The notes under the pieces are model-generated. The model was not told where the DNA came from. It saw nothing but the letters and a program-made list of their open reading frames with translations, and ran no database searches. DNA of 64,000 nt from Escherichia phage vB_EcoM_TH18, in sequence record ON075799; one strand, written 5' to 3'. The position numbers were made by a program, and so were the translations under genes. Shown piece by piece: positions 8,655-18,230 of the stretch (within the stretch, counting starts at the first letter, position 1; each line of letters starts with the position of its first letter).

Positions 8655-9675
8655 GTACCCAAGCACTAGTCAATTTCGCAATGTTATCCGAGCGGTTAAT
8701 GACCGTCTGACTTATGATGGTCGTGATGAGAATGGCAATATAAAGCGTAAGGTTGCCTCTCCAGATCAATATCTCATTTCTTATGTAGGAACAGTTAAAA
8801 TTCACGGGACTAATTGCCGTGTAGTCTTTAATTCTGAAAATGAGGTTGTATACCAGTCCAAAGAACGCGTTTTGTCTTTGGAGGAAGACAATTATGGGTT
8901 TATGGCCTTTATGGTTGAAAAAGACCATAAACCCCTGCTGGGGCAAGTCAAGCAGATCTGCGAAGATCGGGGTATTGAATTTAAGTTCCCAGTAGAAATC
9001 GCTGGGGAATTTGCAGGGAAAGGTATCCAGAAAGGTGTTGCGGTATCTGAAATCATGCCTTTCTTTACTATTTTCCGTGTTGCAGTGGGGAAAGAAAATG
9101 ACCATCGGAAATGGCTAGCTTTAGACGATATTCTTGGCATTGGATTACCAGAACAACGTATTTATAATATTTTAACTTTTGGTAAGTGGGAACTGGATAT
9201 TCCTTTTAACATGCCAGAGACAGTGCAATCAGAAATTGCACAGATTACCGAAGGTGTGGAAAAAGAGTGCCCAGTAGGTAAATATTTTGGCGTATCTGGT
9301 GTTGGTGAGGGTGTGGTATGGACACCTAAAGATCGTCACTTGGCACATGTTTCTTCACTTTGGTTTAAAGTGAAAGGGCAAAAACATTCTGTCTCTAAAG
9401 TGAAAACCCTAGCTGCTGTTGATCCTGTGAAACTGCAATCTATCAAAGATTTTGTGGAGTATGCAGTTACTGAGAACCGTTTACGACAAGGGTTGCAAGA
9501 AATTGGATTGGACATCGCATCTCTGGGGGCATTTATCGCATGGGTTAACCGCGATATCAACAAAGAAGAAGCAGATGTGCTGGAAGCCAACTCTCTTTCT
9601 ATGAGAGATGTGGCGAAGTTCACAACAAACAAAGCCCGTAGTTGGTATATGGAACAACTTAACGAGGTGTCTTAA
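8641..9675 (+). CDS. RNA ligase, Rnl2-like (nucleotidyltransferase)
   Basis: motif I 'KIHGTN', motif IV 'EGVVW', motif V 'FKVKG'. Confidence 0.7.
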   Translation: MQATKYPSTSQFRNVIRAVNDRLTYDGRDENGNIKRKVASPDQYLISYVGTVKIHGTNCRVVFNSENEVVYQSKERVLSLEEDNYGFMAFMVEKDHKPLLGQVKQICEDRGIEFKFPVEIAGEFAGKGIQKGVAVSEIMPFFTIFRVAVGKENDHRKWLALDDILGIGLPEQRIYNILTFGKWELDIPFNMPETVQSEIAQITEGVEKECPVGKYFGVSGVGEGVVWTPKDRHLAHVSSLWFKVKGQKHSVSKVKTLAAVDPVKLQSIKDFVEYAVTENRLRQGLQEIGLDIASLGAFIAWVNRDINKEEADVLEANSLSMRDVAKFTTNKARSWYMEQLNEVS

Positions 9676-9846
9676 TGGCTTTAATTGTTTCTACAACACA
9701 CACAACTGTAGAACGTGGTATGTTAAAGGCAAAGTGTGACACAATTATTTTTGAAGATGAAGAACAGGGCAGAAAGTTTATTGAAGACAATAAAACATTT
9801 GTGTACTCTGTTCAGAAAGCACCTATTGTTAAAGAGAAACAAAACA

Positions 9847-10188
9847 ATGATTACAATTAATGGTAATACAATTTCTGGAAACTATACCAATGGTAGTATC
9901 TCTATCACTACTAAGGGTGATAATGTATATATCAATGGTGATTTAGTTCACACCACAAGCGATAAAAACATCACAGTTATTATCAAAGGTGATGCTAAAG
10001 AGGTACGTACAACATCAGGTGGTATCAATGTCTATGGAAATGTCTCTAATGGCGTGATCTCAACATCTGGGGATATTAATGTTGAAAAAGATATCTTAGG
10101 CAATGTGTCTTCAGTGTCTGGGGATGTCTGCGCAAATACAATCCATGGAAGTGTGAACACAATATCTGGAGATATTACCCATCGTTAA
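9847..10188 (+). CDS. small repeat protein with beta-solenoid-like periodicity
   Basis: 113 aa of reiterated 'SG(D/G)INV...GNVS' units; start chosen at internal ATG 9847. Confidence 0.45.
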   Translation: MITINGNTISGNYTNGSISITTKGDNVYINGDLVHTTSDKNITVIIKGDAKEVRTTSGGINVYGNVSNGVISTSGDINVEKDILGNVSSVSGDVCANTIHGSVNTISGDITHR

Positions 10189-10202
10189 CAGAAAGCCCCT
10201 TT

Positions 10203-10748
10203 ATGGGGCTTATTTGTCTGGAGTTAGTTTTGAAAATAAGATCTTTATTATTTGCTGTTTGCTGTGCACTTTCTCTGTCTATTACCCCTGTTCTAGCCAA
10301 AGAAAGTGCAAAGAAGCCCAGAGTTCTTCATGTTTGTAAGAAGAACGACACAGAGCTTAATATTCTTGCCTGCAATATGTATAAAGAAGGAAGAGGCGAA
10401 GGCGATTATGGAATGATGGGTGTTGCGTTTGTCACGTTGAACAGAAAGGATGACAAAAATTTCCCTCATACTATCAAGAAAGTAGTTTATCAACTTGGGC
10501 AATTCTCTTGGACATTCGGTGGACAATCCTTTAAAGTCTATGAAAAGGACAGATGGTTGAGAGCTAGATTTTATGCTAAAATCTTGATGAGGTTGCATAA
10601 AGACCACAAAAGTTTATACAAAGCTCTTGACTACACAAAATCAGCAACGTACTATCATGCAACTACTGTTAGGCCATCTTGGGCAAAAGTTATGGTGAAA
10701 ACAGTGAAGGTTGGGAATCATATTTTTTACAAGCATCCTGACGTATAA
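10203..10748 (+). CDS. secreted SleB-like cell-wall hydrolase (Hydrolase_2 family), endolysin candidate
   Basis: N-terminal signal-like hydrophobic segment; 'KEGRGE...GMMGVAFVTLNR...FPHTIKKVVYQLGQFS' SleB signature. Confidence 0.6.
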   Translation: MGLICLELVLKIRSLLFAVCCALSLSITPVLAKESAKKPRVLHVCKKNDTELNILACNMYKEGRGEGDYGMMGVAFVTLNRKDDKNFPHTIKKVVYQLGQFSWTFGGQSFKVYEKDRWLRARFYAKILMRLHKDHKSLYKALDYTKSATYYHATTVRPSWAKVMVKTVKVGNHIFYKHPDV

Positions 10749-10768
10749 CTAGTTCATAGAGGTATTGA

Positions 10769-12769
10769 ATGATTATTCAAAGATCTGACAACAAAGTTCA
10801 GGTAACTGGGAACGTAGAAAGATACCAAGCATCAATTGCAATGAATCCTGAGACGTTCAGTATTCTTATCGACGGAATTTATAAAGATAAACCTTTAGCA
10901 GCAGTACGAGAGCCTCTCTTTAACGCTGTAGATGCCCATACAGAGGCAGGGTGTTCTGATAAACCAATCATCATCCACTCACCAACAGACTTGGAGCCTT
11001 GGTATTCTGTTAAGGATACAGGGTTAGGTATGGATCATGAGATGGTAACACGTACATTCATGATGATTGGTGAGTCCACAAAAAGAAACAGTAATGATCT
11101 GGTTGGTGCGAAAGGTATTGGATCAAAAGCACCTCTTGCAGTCACAGATATGTTCACAGTTGTTTCTGTTAAAGACGGAGTGAAAACAACATATTCTGTT
11201 CACAAAAACAGCGGAATACCAGAGGTTGTACCTTTATTCTCTTGTGAAACAACAGAGGAGAATGGTGTAGAAATTAAATTTAACGTAAACACTTGGGAAA
11301 CAGGAGTTTATCGTCAGGCCATTGTAAAATGCCTTCGCTATGCTAAATTTCCATATATTATTAATGATCCTTTTGTTAAAACGCAGATTGAAGATCGTAC
11401 TTATCCTGTTCAGTATCGTTATGAGGATGAAGAGACTGGCTGGGTTCTTGAGATGTATAGTAGCATGTCGAGCAACGCTGATAGTGTTGTTATCATGGGG
11501 CAACAACCATATCTCTCCGATTATCTCTCAACTCGTAAAGAACTGCCCATGATGACGGTATCTATCCCTATTGGGGATTGTAATGTAGATCCAGGCCGAG
11601 AATGGACAGTGGAAGGAAAGAATGACGGAGGATTCCGTGATAAACTTGAAAATTTTGTGACTAAAGCTATCCGACTCCGCGGAGAAGAAATCACAAAAGA
11701 ATTAAGCGATCTGCCAACTTTAAAAGCAGTTCTTGAACATATGAAGTATGTTGGTGGTTATTTCGCTACAAAGTATGGTGCTGCATTTATTGCAAATAAG
11801 TTCAAGAATTATACTGATGGTTCTTACATAGACCACTGTGAAACATATGGTGGCGAAGGCTCACGCCGTGGTAAGGATGAGAAATATTCATACGCAGAGT
11901 TGATGAATGGTCATCCACTGGTTTACAATGATGATCACAAGTATGTGCGCTCTAAATGTAACTGGCTTGCAGAGAAGTTCGGTAAGAGATCGTTTATAAC
12001 CGATGCTGATTACGCTCTGTCCTTATACAGTGATAAATTCTTTGAAGGGATGATTTTCAAGTTATCTGAGCTTGAAAAACGACCAGTGCAAAAAGCAGAT
12101 AAAAAGTATGGTGGCTATGGTTATTACGAACCTGGTCATAAAGTTTGGATAATTAACCAAGATGGCCTCGTAGATGTAACACGTATTTCCCGTGCTCAAT
12201 TCGAGGATATTGAGACGGCTATGGTCTACTGGGGTGGGCAGGTGAAAGGATTATGCCCGTTAGGATACGTTTCCAATCTTAGAACAGTTTGGAGAAAGCA
12301 ACCACCAACATTTCTTAAGAATCTTGGTGTAGCTGGTAAGTTATATATTGTGCCTTTAAACAGATCAAGTTGGCTGCCAGATGAGGCGCGGGTTATAACT
12401 GAGGAGGATATCCATGCTCTTGCAAAAACTAATCTTCTTGAATATCATTTATACCAAGAAGTTGGGAAAGATCATGAGTATCATAACATTGTTAAAGAGC
12501 TTAGCTATTTTGGTGTGGTGGTAGCTAGTTTCCCAAAATGGGAGATGAAGGTAAACATACCCAGTTATTATTCAGTCCCTGGCTACGAAGATAGCCGTGA
12601 GAAAGCATTAGGGATGATTGAGTCTCGGAAGAGAATTGGTAAAAAGCTGCTACAGATTAAGAAAGATCGCTACCCATTGTTAAAATACATTGATGTTAAG
12701 CATTTCAATACTCCAGAGATGCTAGAGTATCGTAAATTTATTGACAGCAAAGGAGAAAAAGATGAGTAA
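10769..12769 (+). CDS. rIIA: rIIA-like protein with N-terminal GHKL (Hsp90/histidine-kinase-like) ATPase domain
   Basis: Bergerat motifs 'EPLFNAVDA', 'DTGLGMD', 'GAKGIGSKA'; followed by rIIB-like gene. Confidence 0.6.
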   Translation: MIIQRSDNKVQVTGNVERYQASIAMNPETFSILIDGIYKDKPLAAVREPLFNAVDAHTEAGCSDKPIIIHSPTDLEPWYSVKDTGLGMDHEMVTRTFMMIGESTKRNSNDLVGAKGIGSKAPLAVTDMFTVVSVKDGVKTTYSVHKNSGIPEVVPLFSCETTEENGVEIKFNVNTWETGVYRQAIVKCLRYAKFPYIINDPFVKTQIEDRTYPVQYRYEDEETGWVLEMYSSMSSNADSVVIMGQQPYLSDYLSTRKELPMMTVSIPIGDCNVDPGREWTVEGKNDGGFRDKLENFVTKAIRLRGEEITKELSDLPTLKAVLEHMKYVGGYFATKYGAAFIANKFKNYTDGSYIDHCETYGGEGSRRGKDEKYSYAELMNGHPLVYNDDHKYVRSKCNWLAEKFGKRSFITDADYALSLYSDKFFEGMIFKLSELEKRPVQKADKKYGGYGYYEPGHKVWIINQDGLVDVTRISRAQFEDIETAMVYWGGQVKGLCPLGYVSNLRTVWRKQPPTFLKNLGVAGKLYIVPLNRSSWLPDEARVITEEDIHALAKTNLLEYHLYQEVGKDHEYHNIVKELSYFGVVVASFPKWEMKVNIPSYYSVPGYEDSREKALGMIESRKRIGKKLLQIKKDRYPLLKYIDVKHFNTPEMLEYRKFIDSKGEKDE

Positions 12770-13754
12770 TCCTTTATTCATGTCACGTCGTGAAGCTCGT
12801 GAATACGCTAAGAAAAATAATATGGTGGTTGTTGATCGTGGTCTAAATGTTCTAAAACGCTGGACAGTTGCACCCAAAAAAGGAATGCCGACAACCAAAA
12901 AGGCTAAGGAAGATCCTGTAGGTATTATGAAGCCAGTGCATACTCTTGCACAACCAATTGTCCTTGTGACCCAAGACAATATCCATATCACTTTGTTAAA
13001 TGGTGAACAATATACTCTAAATAGTAGCAGCCCCATCTTTAAAGAAGTTGGTGTTATCCTTTGGACAGGAGGGATAGATGCTGCTGTACAACGTATTTTA
13101 AAAGAGAAAGAAGCAGAAAAGAAAAAGACCATTGATTTTGGCGATAATTTAGTGTTGATAGATAGTGTTTTGTATTGGCACGGTCAAAAACAGGAAAGCA
13201 GTATTGCTAAGCGAATCATTAAAGATATTGAGAATGATTGCTTTGACGAACGATATGTCAAATTCATGCAGAAGTTGCTACACAACCCGTCGTATGCTTC
13301 TGTTAAAATGCTTTATGATTTTGTAAAACATAATGATCTGGAGATCCTTGAAAACGGAAATATTAAGGCATACAAGAAAATTAAGGCAACTGTAGATGGA
13401 CCACGAGATTGCTATACAGGTAAAGTTCCTAATTATAAAGGGCAAGTTATTTCCATGCCGCGTAATATGGTTGAGGATAATCCCAATAGAACATGTAGCC
13501 AAGGTTTGCATGTTGCATCTATTGACTATGCGGCTACCTTTGAGAAGACTTCAAAGGAACTTGTAGAAGTATCTGTGGATCCGGCAGATATTGTCAGTGT
13601 CCCTTATGACTATAACCAGAAAAAATGCCGTTGCTGTCGCTATGAAGTTCTGACAGGAACACCAAAACCGGTAGGTGCGCCAGATATTATTGTCATTGGT
13701 GTACAGGGTAAAATTCTTGAAGAGATTTATCTACAAGAATCTAAGGAGGACTGA
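12762..13754 (+). CDS. rIIB: rIIB-like protein
   Basis: C-terminal 'MPRNMVEDNPNRTCSQGLHVAS...DIVSVPYDYN' resembles T4 rIIB (from memory); ATG overlaps rIIA stop, RBS AAGGAG. Confidence 0.6.
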   Translation: MSNPLFMSRREAREYAKKNNMVVVDRGLNVLKRWTVAPKKGMPTTKKAKEDPVGIMKPVHTLAQPIVLVTQDNIHITLLNGEQYTLNSSSPIFKEVGVILWTGGIDAAVQRILKEKEAEKKKTIDFGDNLVLIDSVLYWHGQKQESSIAKRIIKDIENDCFDERYVKFMQKLLHNPSYASVKMLYDFVKHNDLEILENGNIKAYKKIKATVDGPRDCYTGKVPNYKGQVISMPRNMVEDNPNRTCSQGLHVASIDYAATFEKTSKELVEVSVDPADIVSVPYDYNQKKCRCCRYEVLTGTPKPVGAPDIIVIGVQGKILEEIYLQESKED

Positions 13755-15058
13755 TGTCTCAATACGGGGTTGGCGTTGAAGATGCTCTTGGCGCTATAAT
13801 GTCCGGTGAAAATGTGTTTATCAGTGGTTATGCAGGTGCTGGAAAGAGTCATACCATAAAAACTATCCAATCCTTATACGCAGGTTCAGTTTTGACAGTA
13901 GCCCCTACAGGGGCTGCTGCCATTAATGTGGATGGTATGACAGCACACAGAGCTTTTGGACTCTCTTTAGGTGTGTCCACTAAAAAAGATGCAGAAGAGA
14001 TAAAGTCAAAAGCTAAGAAATTGCTTAAAAGTAAAGCATTGAAAATACTTATAATCGAAGAAATAAGCATGTTCAGAGCCGACAAACTTTGGGAGATGGA
14101 TATGAAGTGTCGGCTGGCACGTAAAAAACCTAAAGAACCTTTCGGTGGTTTGCAGGTGTGTATGTTCGGGGATTTCTTACAGAATCCACCTGTTTTAAAA
14201 GGTGAAGAAAAAGAGATATACTATCAGTTCCACGACACAGAACTTTGTTGTTTTTCTAAAACATGGAAAGAATTGAACCCATATCCTGTATTTCTTGATA
14301 AAATCTACAGGCAAAGCAGTGTTCATTTTTCAACGCTTCTTAATTGCCTTCGCAAGGGTGAACGTATTCCAGAGATTGTTGAGTTTATGAATACTTATTG
14401 TTACAACATGGGAAAACCCTTGGATGCTATAACAATAACTTCAACAAACGCAGCAGCAGACAAAATAAACAAAAAACGTTTTGATGCAATACCCGGAATC
14501 CCAACAGTTTATAAGGCAAAAAAGACAGGGCAATTTAACCAAACACCTGTACCGGAAGAGTTGTATCTGAAAGAGGGAGCGCAGGTGATGATTACTGTCA
14601 ATGATCCTAAAGGACTAAATGAACCAAGCTATGTGAATGGTTCCCGTGGAGAGATTGTTGAACTACGTAGGTACAGTGTTAAAGTCCGTCTTGAGAATGG
14701 AGATATTGTTGACGTAGAACCTTATGTGTGGGAAAATGTTGAGTATAACCCCATAAAGGTGAAAAACCCAGATGGTACAATAACTGAAGAAATTGAGAAG
14801 ATTATCATTGGTGAGTACAGGGCTTTACCGATTCGCCTTGGGTGGGCTGTTACAATACACAAAGCACAAGGATTAACATTACCGGAAGTTAATGTTGACT
14901 TTGGCAATGGGACTTTTGCACCAGGCATGGCATACGTGGCTTTTAGCAGAGCAACAAGTGCAAAAGGATTAAGGTTATTACGTAGGATCAGGGATAAAGA
15001 TATTATCGTTGATCAACGTCTTGTTAAGTTTTATGAAGAGACTTTCCCTGGTAAGTAG
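13754..15058 (+). CDS. dda: Dda-like SF1B (Pif1/RecD-family) DNA helicase
   Basis: Walker A 'GYAGAGKSH', 'VAPTGAAA', C-terminal 'TIHKAQGLT...AYVAFSRAT'; 434 aa. Confidence 0.7.
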   Translation: MSQYGVGVEDALGAIMSGENVFISGYAGAGKSHTIKTIQSLYAGSVLTVAPTGAAAINVDGMTAHRAFGLSLGVSTKKDAEEIKSKAKKLLKSKALKILIIEEISMFRADKLWEMDMKCRLARKKPKEPFGGLQVCMFGDFLQNPPVLKGEEKEIYYQFHDTELCCFSKTWKELNPYPVFLDKIYRQSSVHFSTLLNCLRKGERIPEIVEFMNTYCYNMGKPLDAITITSTNAAADKINKKRFDAIPGIPTVYKAKKTGQFNQTPVPEELYLKEGAQVMITVNDPKGLNEPSYVNGSRGEIVELRRYSVKVRLENGDIVDVEPYVWENVEYNPIKVKNPDGTITEEIEKIIIGEYRALPIRLGWAVTIHKAQGLTLPEVNVDFGNGTFAPGMAYVAFSRATSAKGLRLLRRIRDKDIIVDQRLVKFYEETFPGK

Positions 15059-15068
15059 GAGATAGCTG

Positions 15069-15494
15069 ATGACCTCATATTCAAAAAGTGAACTTTTAAA
15101 GAAATTTAAAGCTGAATTAAAGGGTTGGTGGGATAATAAAGAATCTCATCATGGTAAAGACACCACACATATCCAGATGGCATCGGTTGATGAAATGATG
15201 GCTGCATTAGGATATGCACCTCGTTCACTACCTAATTACCCAGATGTTAAGGATGGTCGTTTTGGATATTATCGAGCCTGGGGTTCTGAAAGACACCCTC
15301 TAAACCTGTCTTTTGAAGATGCTGTGTCACTTCATAATAATTGTGTTTGTAAAGCTCGTGTTTTAGCACCGGACGCTATCAGCTTTGCTTTACGGAGTAA
15401 AATCGTACAACAGGTGGCTGTCCAGCGTTTGAAAGGTAAAGGTGAGAAAGGGCAGATCAAATCCCAGAAGCGTTGGATTAAGTTCGAGGACTGA
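15069..15494 (+). CDS. hypothetical protein
   Basis: 141-aa ORF. Confidence 0.5.
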   Translation: MTSYSKSELLKKFKAELKGWWDNKESHHGKDTTHIQMASVDEMMAALGYAPRSLPNYPDVKDGRFGYYRAWGSERHPLNLSFEDAVSLHNNCVCKARVLAPDAISFALRSKIVQQVAVQRLKGKGEKGQIKSQKRWIKFED

Positions 15495-15496
15495 TT

Positions 15497-15868
15497 ATGG
15501 AAATATCTACAAGTAAAAGTAAAGGCACAGTAGCAGAAAAAACTTTCCACCGACTCATGGAGATTTCTGAAGAACTCTCTGCAAAAGGTGAGGATCGTAT
15601 GGCGAGTGATGTTAAGGATGCTGCACATGTAATAAACTCCCTGGATGTTATTATCTATCAGTCTTTACAAGCCTGTAAAAGAATGGGTTTTGAATATGAC
15701 CCGACCCTCAAAGAGGGTGAGTTTGCACAAGCGTTCTTCTGGTTGCAGGAAAAAGGCCAGGACGCATATAATTCTCGTATGGCAGACACAAAGTATCTCT
15801 TCTATAAAGGTGTAGAAGAGAAAATAACTGATCTGTTTAACTACTTTAAGGAAAATAAAGATGTTTAA
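15497..15868 (+). CDS. hypothetical protein
   Basis: 123-aa ORF. Confidence 0.5.
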   Translation: MEISTSKSKGTVAEKTFHRLMEISEELSAKGEDRMASDVKDAAHVINSLDVIIYQSLQACKRMGFEYDPTLKEGEFAQAFFWLQEKGQDAYNSRMADTKYLFYKGVEEKITDLFNYFKENKDV

Positions 15869-16043
15869 AGTCGAAGACTTTACAGATTTGAGTCAAGTTT
15901 CAACTGAAAAATTGTTGAAACTACGAGATGTTGCACGAGACAACTTTCTTGAAGCAAAGTTGTCTGCCGAAGAGTCGTGGCAGAGATACGAAGACATTCT
16001 AAATGAAATTAAGGAGCGAGTGCATGTTGAAGAAGCTCTTTAA
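15861..16043 (+). CDS. hypothetical protein
   Basis: 60-aa ORF. Confidence 0.4.
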   Translation: MFKVEDFTDLSQVSTEKLLKLRDVARDNFLEAKLSAEESWQRYEDILNEIKERVHVEEAL

Positions 16044-16350
16044 GTGGTTTTTCCCACCACAACAAAAAGCCGAAAAAGTTTTTGATTTTACTGAGTATAG
16101 GGGTAATGGTCATGATATTACACTGCGTCTCAACCAGTCTGGTGAGGTTGCAGAAGCTGTTATCATCTTATCCGAGGATGTAGAAAAACCGGAGAATGGT
16201 GATTTTGTTATCGTCAATCTTGATGACATTTTTGGTGGTGGGAAAGAAGTGACGACATATGTGATTAGTCACATAGAGTATGTTTCTTCTGAGATCTCAA
16301 GAGCAAGTTTAGTCTTGAGGAAGGAGGATACTAATGCAGACAAAAGCTGA
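16024..16350 (+). CDS. hypothetical protein
   Basis: ATG at 16024 preceded by AAGGAG; upstream in-frame ATG at 16003 less likely. Confidence 0.45.
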   Translation: MLKKLFKWFFPPQQKAEKVFDFTEYRGNGHDITLRLNQSGEVAEAVIILSEDVEKPENGDFVIVNLDDIFGGGKEVTTYVISHIEYVSSEISRASLVLRKEDTNADKS

Positions 16351-16807
16351 TATCTTAATCGAAGATATTGAAAAACTGGCAAAGAAAGCCACTAGAGGGC
16401 ACTGGTGGATAGATAGACATGGACATTCGATGGTATCCTTTCAGGATGATAAGGAAGTAAAAACTGTTTTCATCACAGATCCTAAAATGGGTCCGGCAAA
16501 GAGACATGAGGGAACAGGGAATTTATCTCATTGGCAAAATGACTACGATGCCAGTTACATTGCCACCGCAAGCCCAGATAATGTTCTGTACATTATTAAT
16601 GAGCTAAGAGGAAAACGAGATGCTTATGATAAAATTAAAGAGCATCTCGACAACTTAGACGGTTATGGCGCAGAATTGAAAAAGCGTGTAGAAGCCGAAC
16701 TATATGCTAATGGTTGTCAGAGTTCTCTTGTTCACATATTAGCTTTTGTGGATGCCTTGTTAAAAGAAAATATTGAGTTAAAACAAGAGTTGGGGGAGTA
16801 TGAATAG
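16334..16807 (+). CDS. hypothetical protein
   Basis: 157-aa ORF. Confidence 0.5.
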   Translation: MQTKADILIEDIEKLAKKATRGHWWIDRHGHSMVSFQDDKEVKTVFITDPKMGPAKRHEGTGNLSHWQNDYDASYIATASPDNVLYIINELRGKRDAYDKIKEHLDNLDGYGAELKKRVEAELYANGCQSSLVHILAFVDALLKENIELKQELGEYE

Positions 16808-17084
16808 CAAATCCCCTATGGTAGACATTGAGTTCGAATACGACCATGAGGATCTAGGATTGGTGGTTGTCGAAGCTCTGTTTTCTGTTCAAAAACCTGA
16901 CTTCTTCAGTAAAGAAAGCGACTGGGATTATAACGGTTTTCAGGAACTAGAATATTGCGTTGTATTCAAAAACGGTAAGCAAATCTATCTTGACATTCCA
17001 GATGATGTGCTATACCATCATTTAAGAGAATACCTAAGAGATCTAGAGATAAACGGGTGTTACAATAGAGAAGAAGGTTTCTAG
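16800..17084 (+). CDS. hypothetical protein
   Basis: 94-aa ORF. Confidence 0.45.
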   Translation: MNSKSPMVDIEFEYDHEDLGLVVVEALFSVQKPDFFSKESDWDYNGFQELEYCVVFKNGKQIYLDIPDDVLYHHLREYLRDLEINGCYNREEGF

Positions 17085-17088
17085 AATT

Positions 17089-17310
17089 ATGGTTAAAAAC
17101 ACTGTTAAACTCATTGAGTTCAAAATTAGCAAAACAAAAAGAGAAGAGGTAGAGAGCAAACTGGCCGAACTTCTTGATGATGGTTATGACATTGCAGGAC
17201 AGCATGAAGCTGAAGGTTGGCTGGTGTATACTTTAGTGAAAAGGGTGGCCCAAGTACAAGACATTCCTTACGGGGCTGATGGAAGCCCAGTCCACTCGGC
17301 GTTGCATTGA
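17089..17310 (+). CDS. hypothetical protein
   Basis: 73-aa ORF. Confidence 0.4.
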   Translation: MVKNTVKLIEFKISKTKREEVESKLAELLDDGYDIAGQHEAEGWLVYTLVKRVAQVQDIPYGADGSPVHSALH

Positions 17311-18079
17311 TTTCTGGTATACTCAAAAGGCCCACGTTACGGGCCTGTTTTCTGGTATGGGAGGTGTATTGAGTGACACAGTTTTATGCATGTTTGACGG
17401 ATCAGGTATCATGGGCCACGAATGGGCAAAAAATGGGCACAAAGTGATATGCCTTAATTATGATGGCGCTGATCACGGCGGTTATGAAAGTATCAGAATA
17501 AAACACAAAAACATAGAATACATTAATGTTTGGATAGATGACCAGTTTAACCCAGTAGAGATAGGGCTTTGTAAGCCAAGTATTATATTCGCATTTCCAC
17601 CATGTACAGACATGGCTGTTAGTGGTGCAGCGCATTTCGCAAGAAAAGCTGCAAAAGACCCTTTATTCCAGATAAAGGCTGTAAATACAGCAAAGGTGGC
17701 AGCAAGGTTGGCAGATGAATACGGCTGCCCTTACATGATAGAAAATCCAGTTAGTGTTCTATCTTCTCTGTGGCGTAAACCAGATCATTCATTTCATCCT
17801 TATGAGTACGGCGGGTATCTATCAGAGAATGATGTTCATCCATTTTTTCCAGAATACATAAAACCAAGAGATGCCTACCCTAAGAAGACTTGTTTGTGGA
17901 CAGGTAATGGTTTTAAGATGCCGGAGAAATTACCTGTCCCCGTGTTAAGCGGGTATTCTGATCAACACCTAAAGCTGGGTGGGAAATCAAAAAAGACAAA
18001 GGTTATAAGGTCGCTAACCCCAAGAGGATTTGCCAAAGCCGTATTCCTATATAATGATTTTAGGAGGGTTGGTGGATAA
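17279..18079 (+). CDS. DNA (cytosine-5)-methyltransferase-like protein (short)
   Basis: motif I-like 'LFSGMGG', motif IV-like 'FPPCTDMAVSG', motif VI-like 'ENPVSVL'. Confidence 0.4.
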   Translation: MEAQSTRRCIDFWYTQKAHVTGLFSGMGGVLSDTVLCMFDGSGIMGHEWAKNGHKVICLNYDGADHGGYESIRIKHKNIEYINVWIDDQFNPVEIGLCKPSIIFAFPPCTDMAVSGAAHFARKAAKDPLFQIKAVNTAKVAARLADEYGCPYMIENPVSVLSSLWRKPDHSFHPYEYGGYLSENDVHPFFPEYIKPRDAYPKKTCLWTGNGFKMPEKLPVPVLSGYSDQHLKLGGKSKKTKVIRSLTPRGFAKAVFLYNDFRRVGG

Positions 18080-18221
18080 AAATGTCAAGATTCTCACAGG
18101 AACTAGTATTTCAGAATTAGAATTAAAACTAAACACTTGGTTTAGAAAAGGTTACTGTATTTCAGGTGGCATATCTGTGTGTAATGGCTGGTATATGGCT
18201 GTAGTCACCAAACCCTTCTAA
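18030..18221 (+). CDS. hypothetical protein
   Basis: 63-aa ORF overlapping end of previous gene; weak. Confidence 0.3.
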   Translation: MPKPYSYIMILGGLVDKNVKILTGTSISELELKLNTWFRKGYCISGGISVCNGWYMAVVTKPF

Positions 18222-18230
18222 GGAGAAGAG

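Noticed and set aside
10769-12769. Novel phage-encoded Hsp90/HtpG-like chaperone
   Set aside because: The GHKL motifs are real, but the gene is followed by a protein with rIIB-like C-terminal motifs; rIIA with a GHKL ATPase domain explains it better than a new chaperone.
16334-16807. Ea22-like assignment for the 157-aa protein based on an 'ATRGHWW' segment
   Set aside because: The resemblance to the 'ATPGPW' signature is too weak and from memory only; left as hypothetical.
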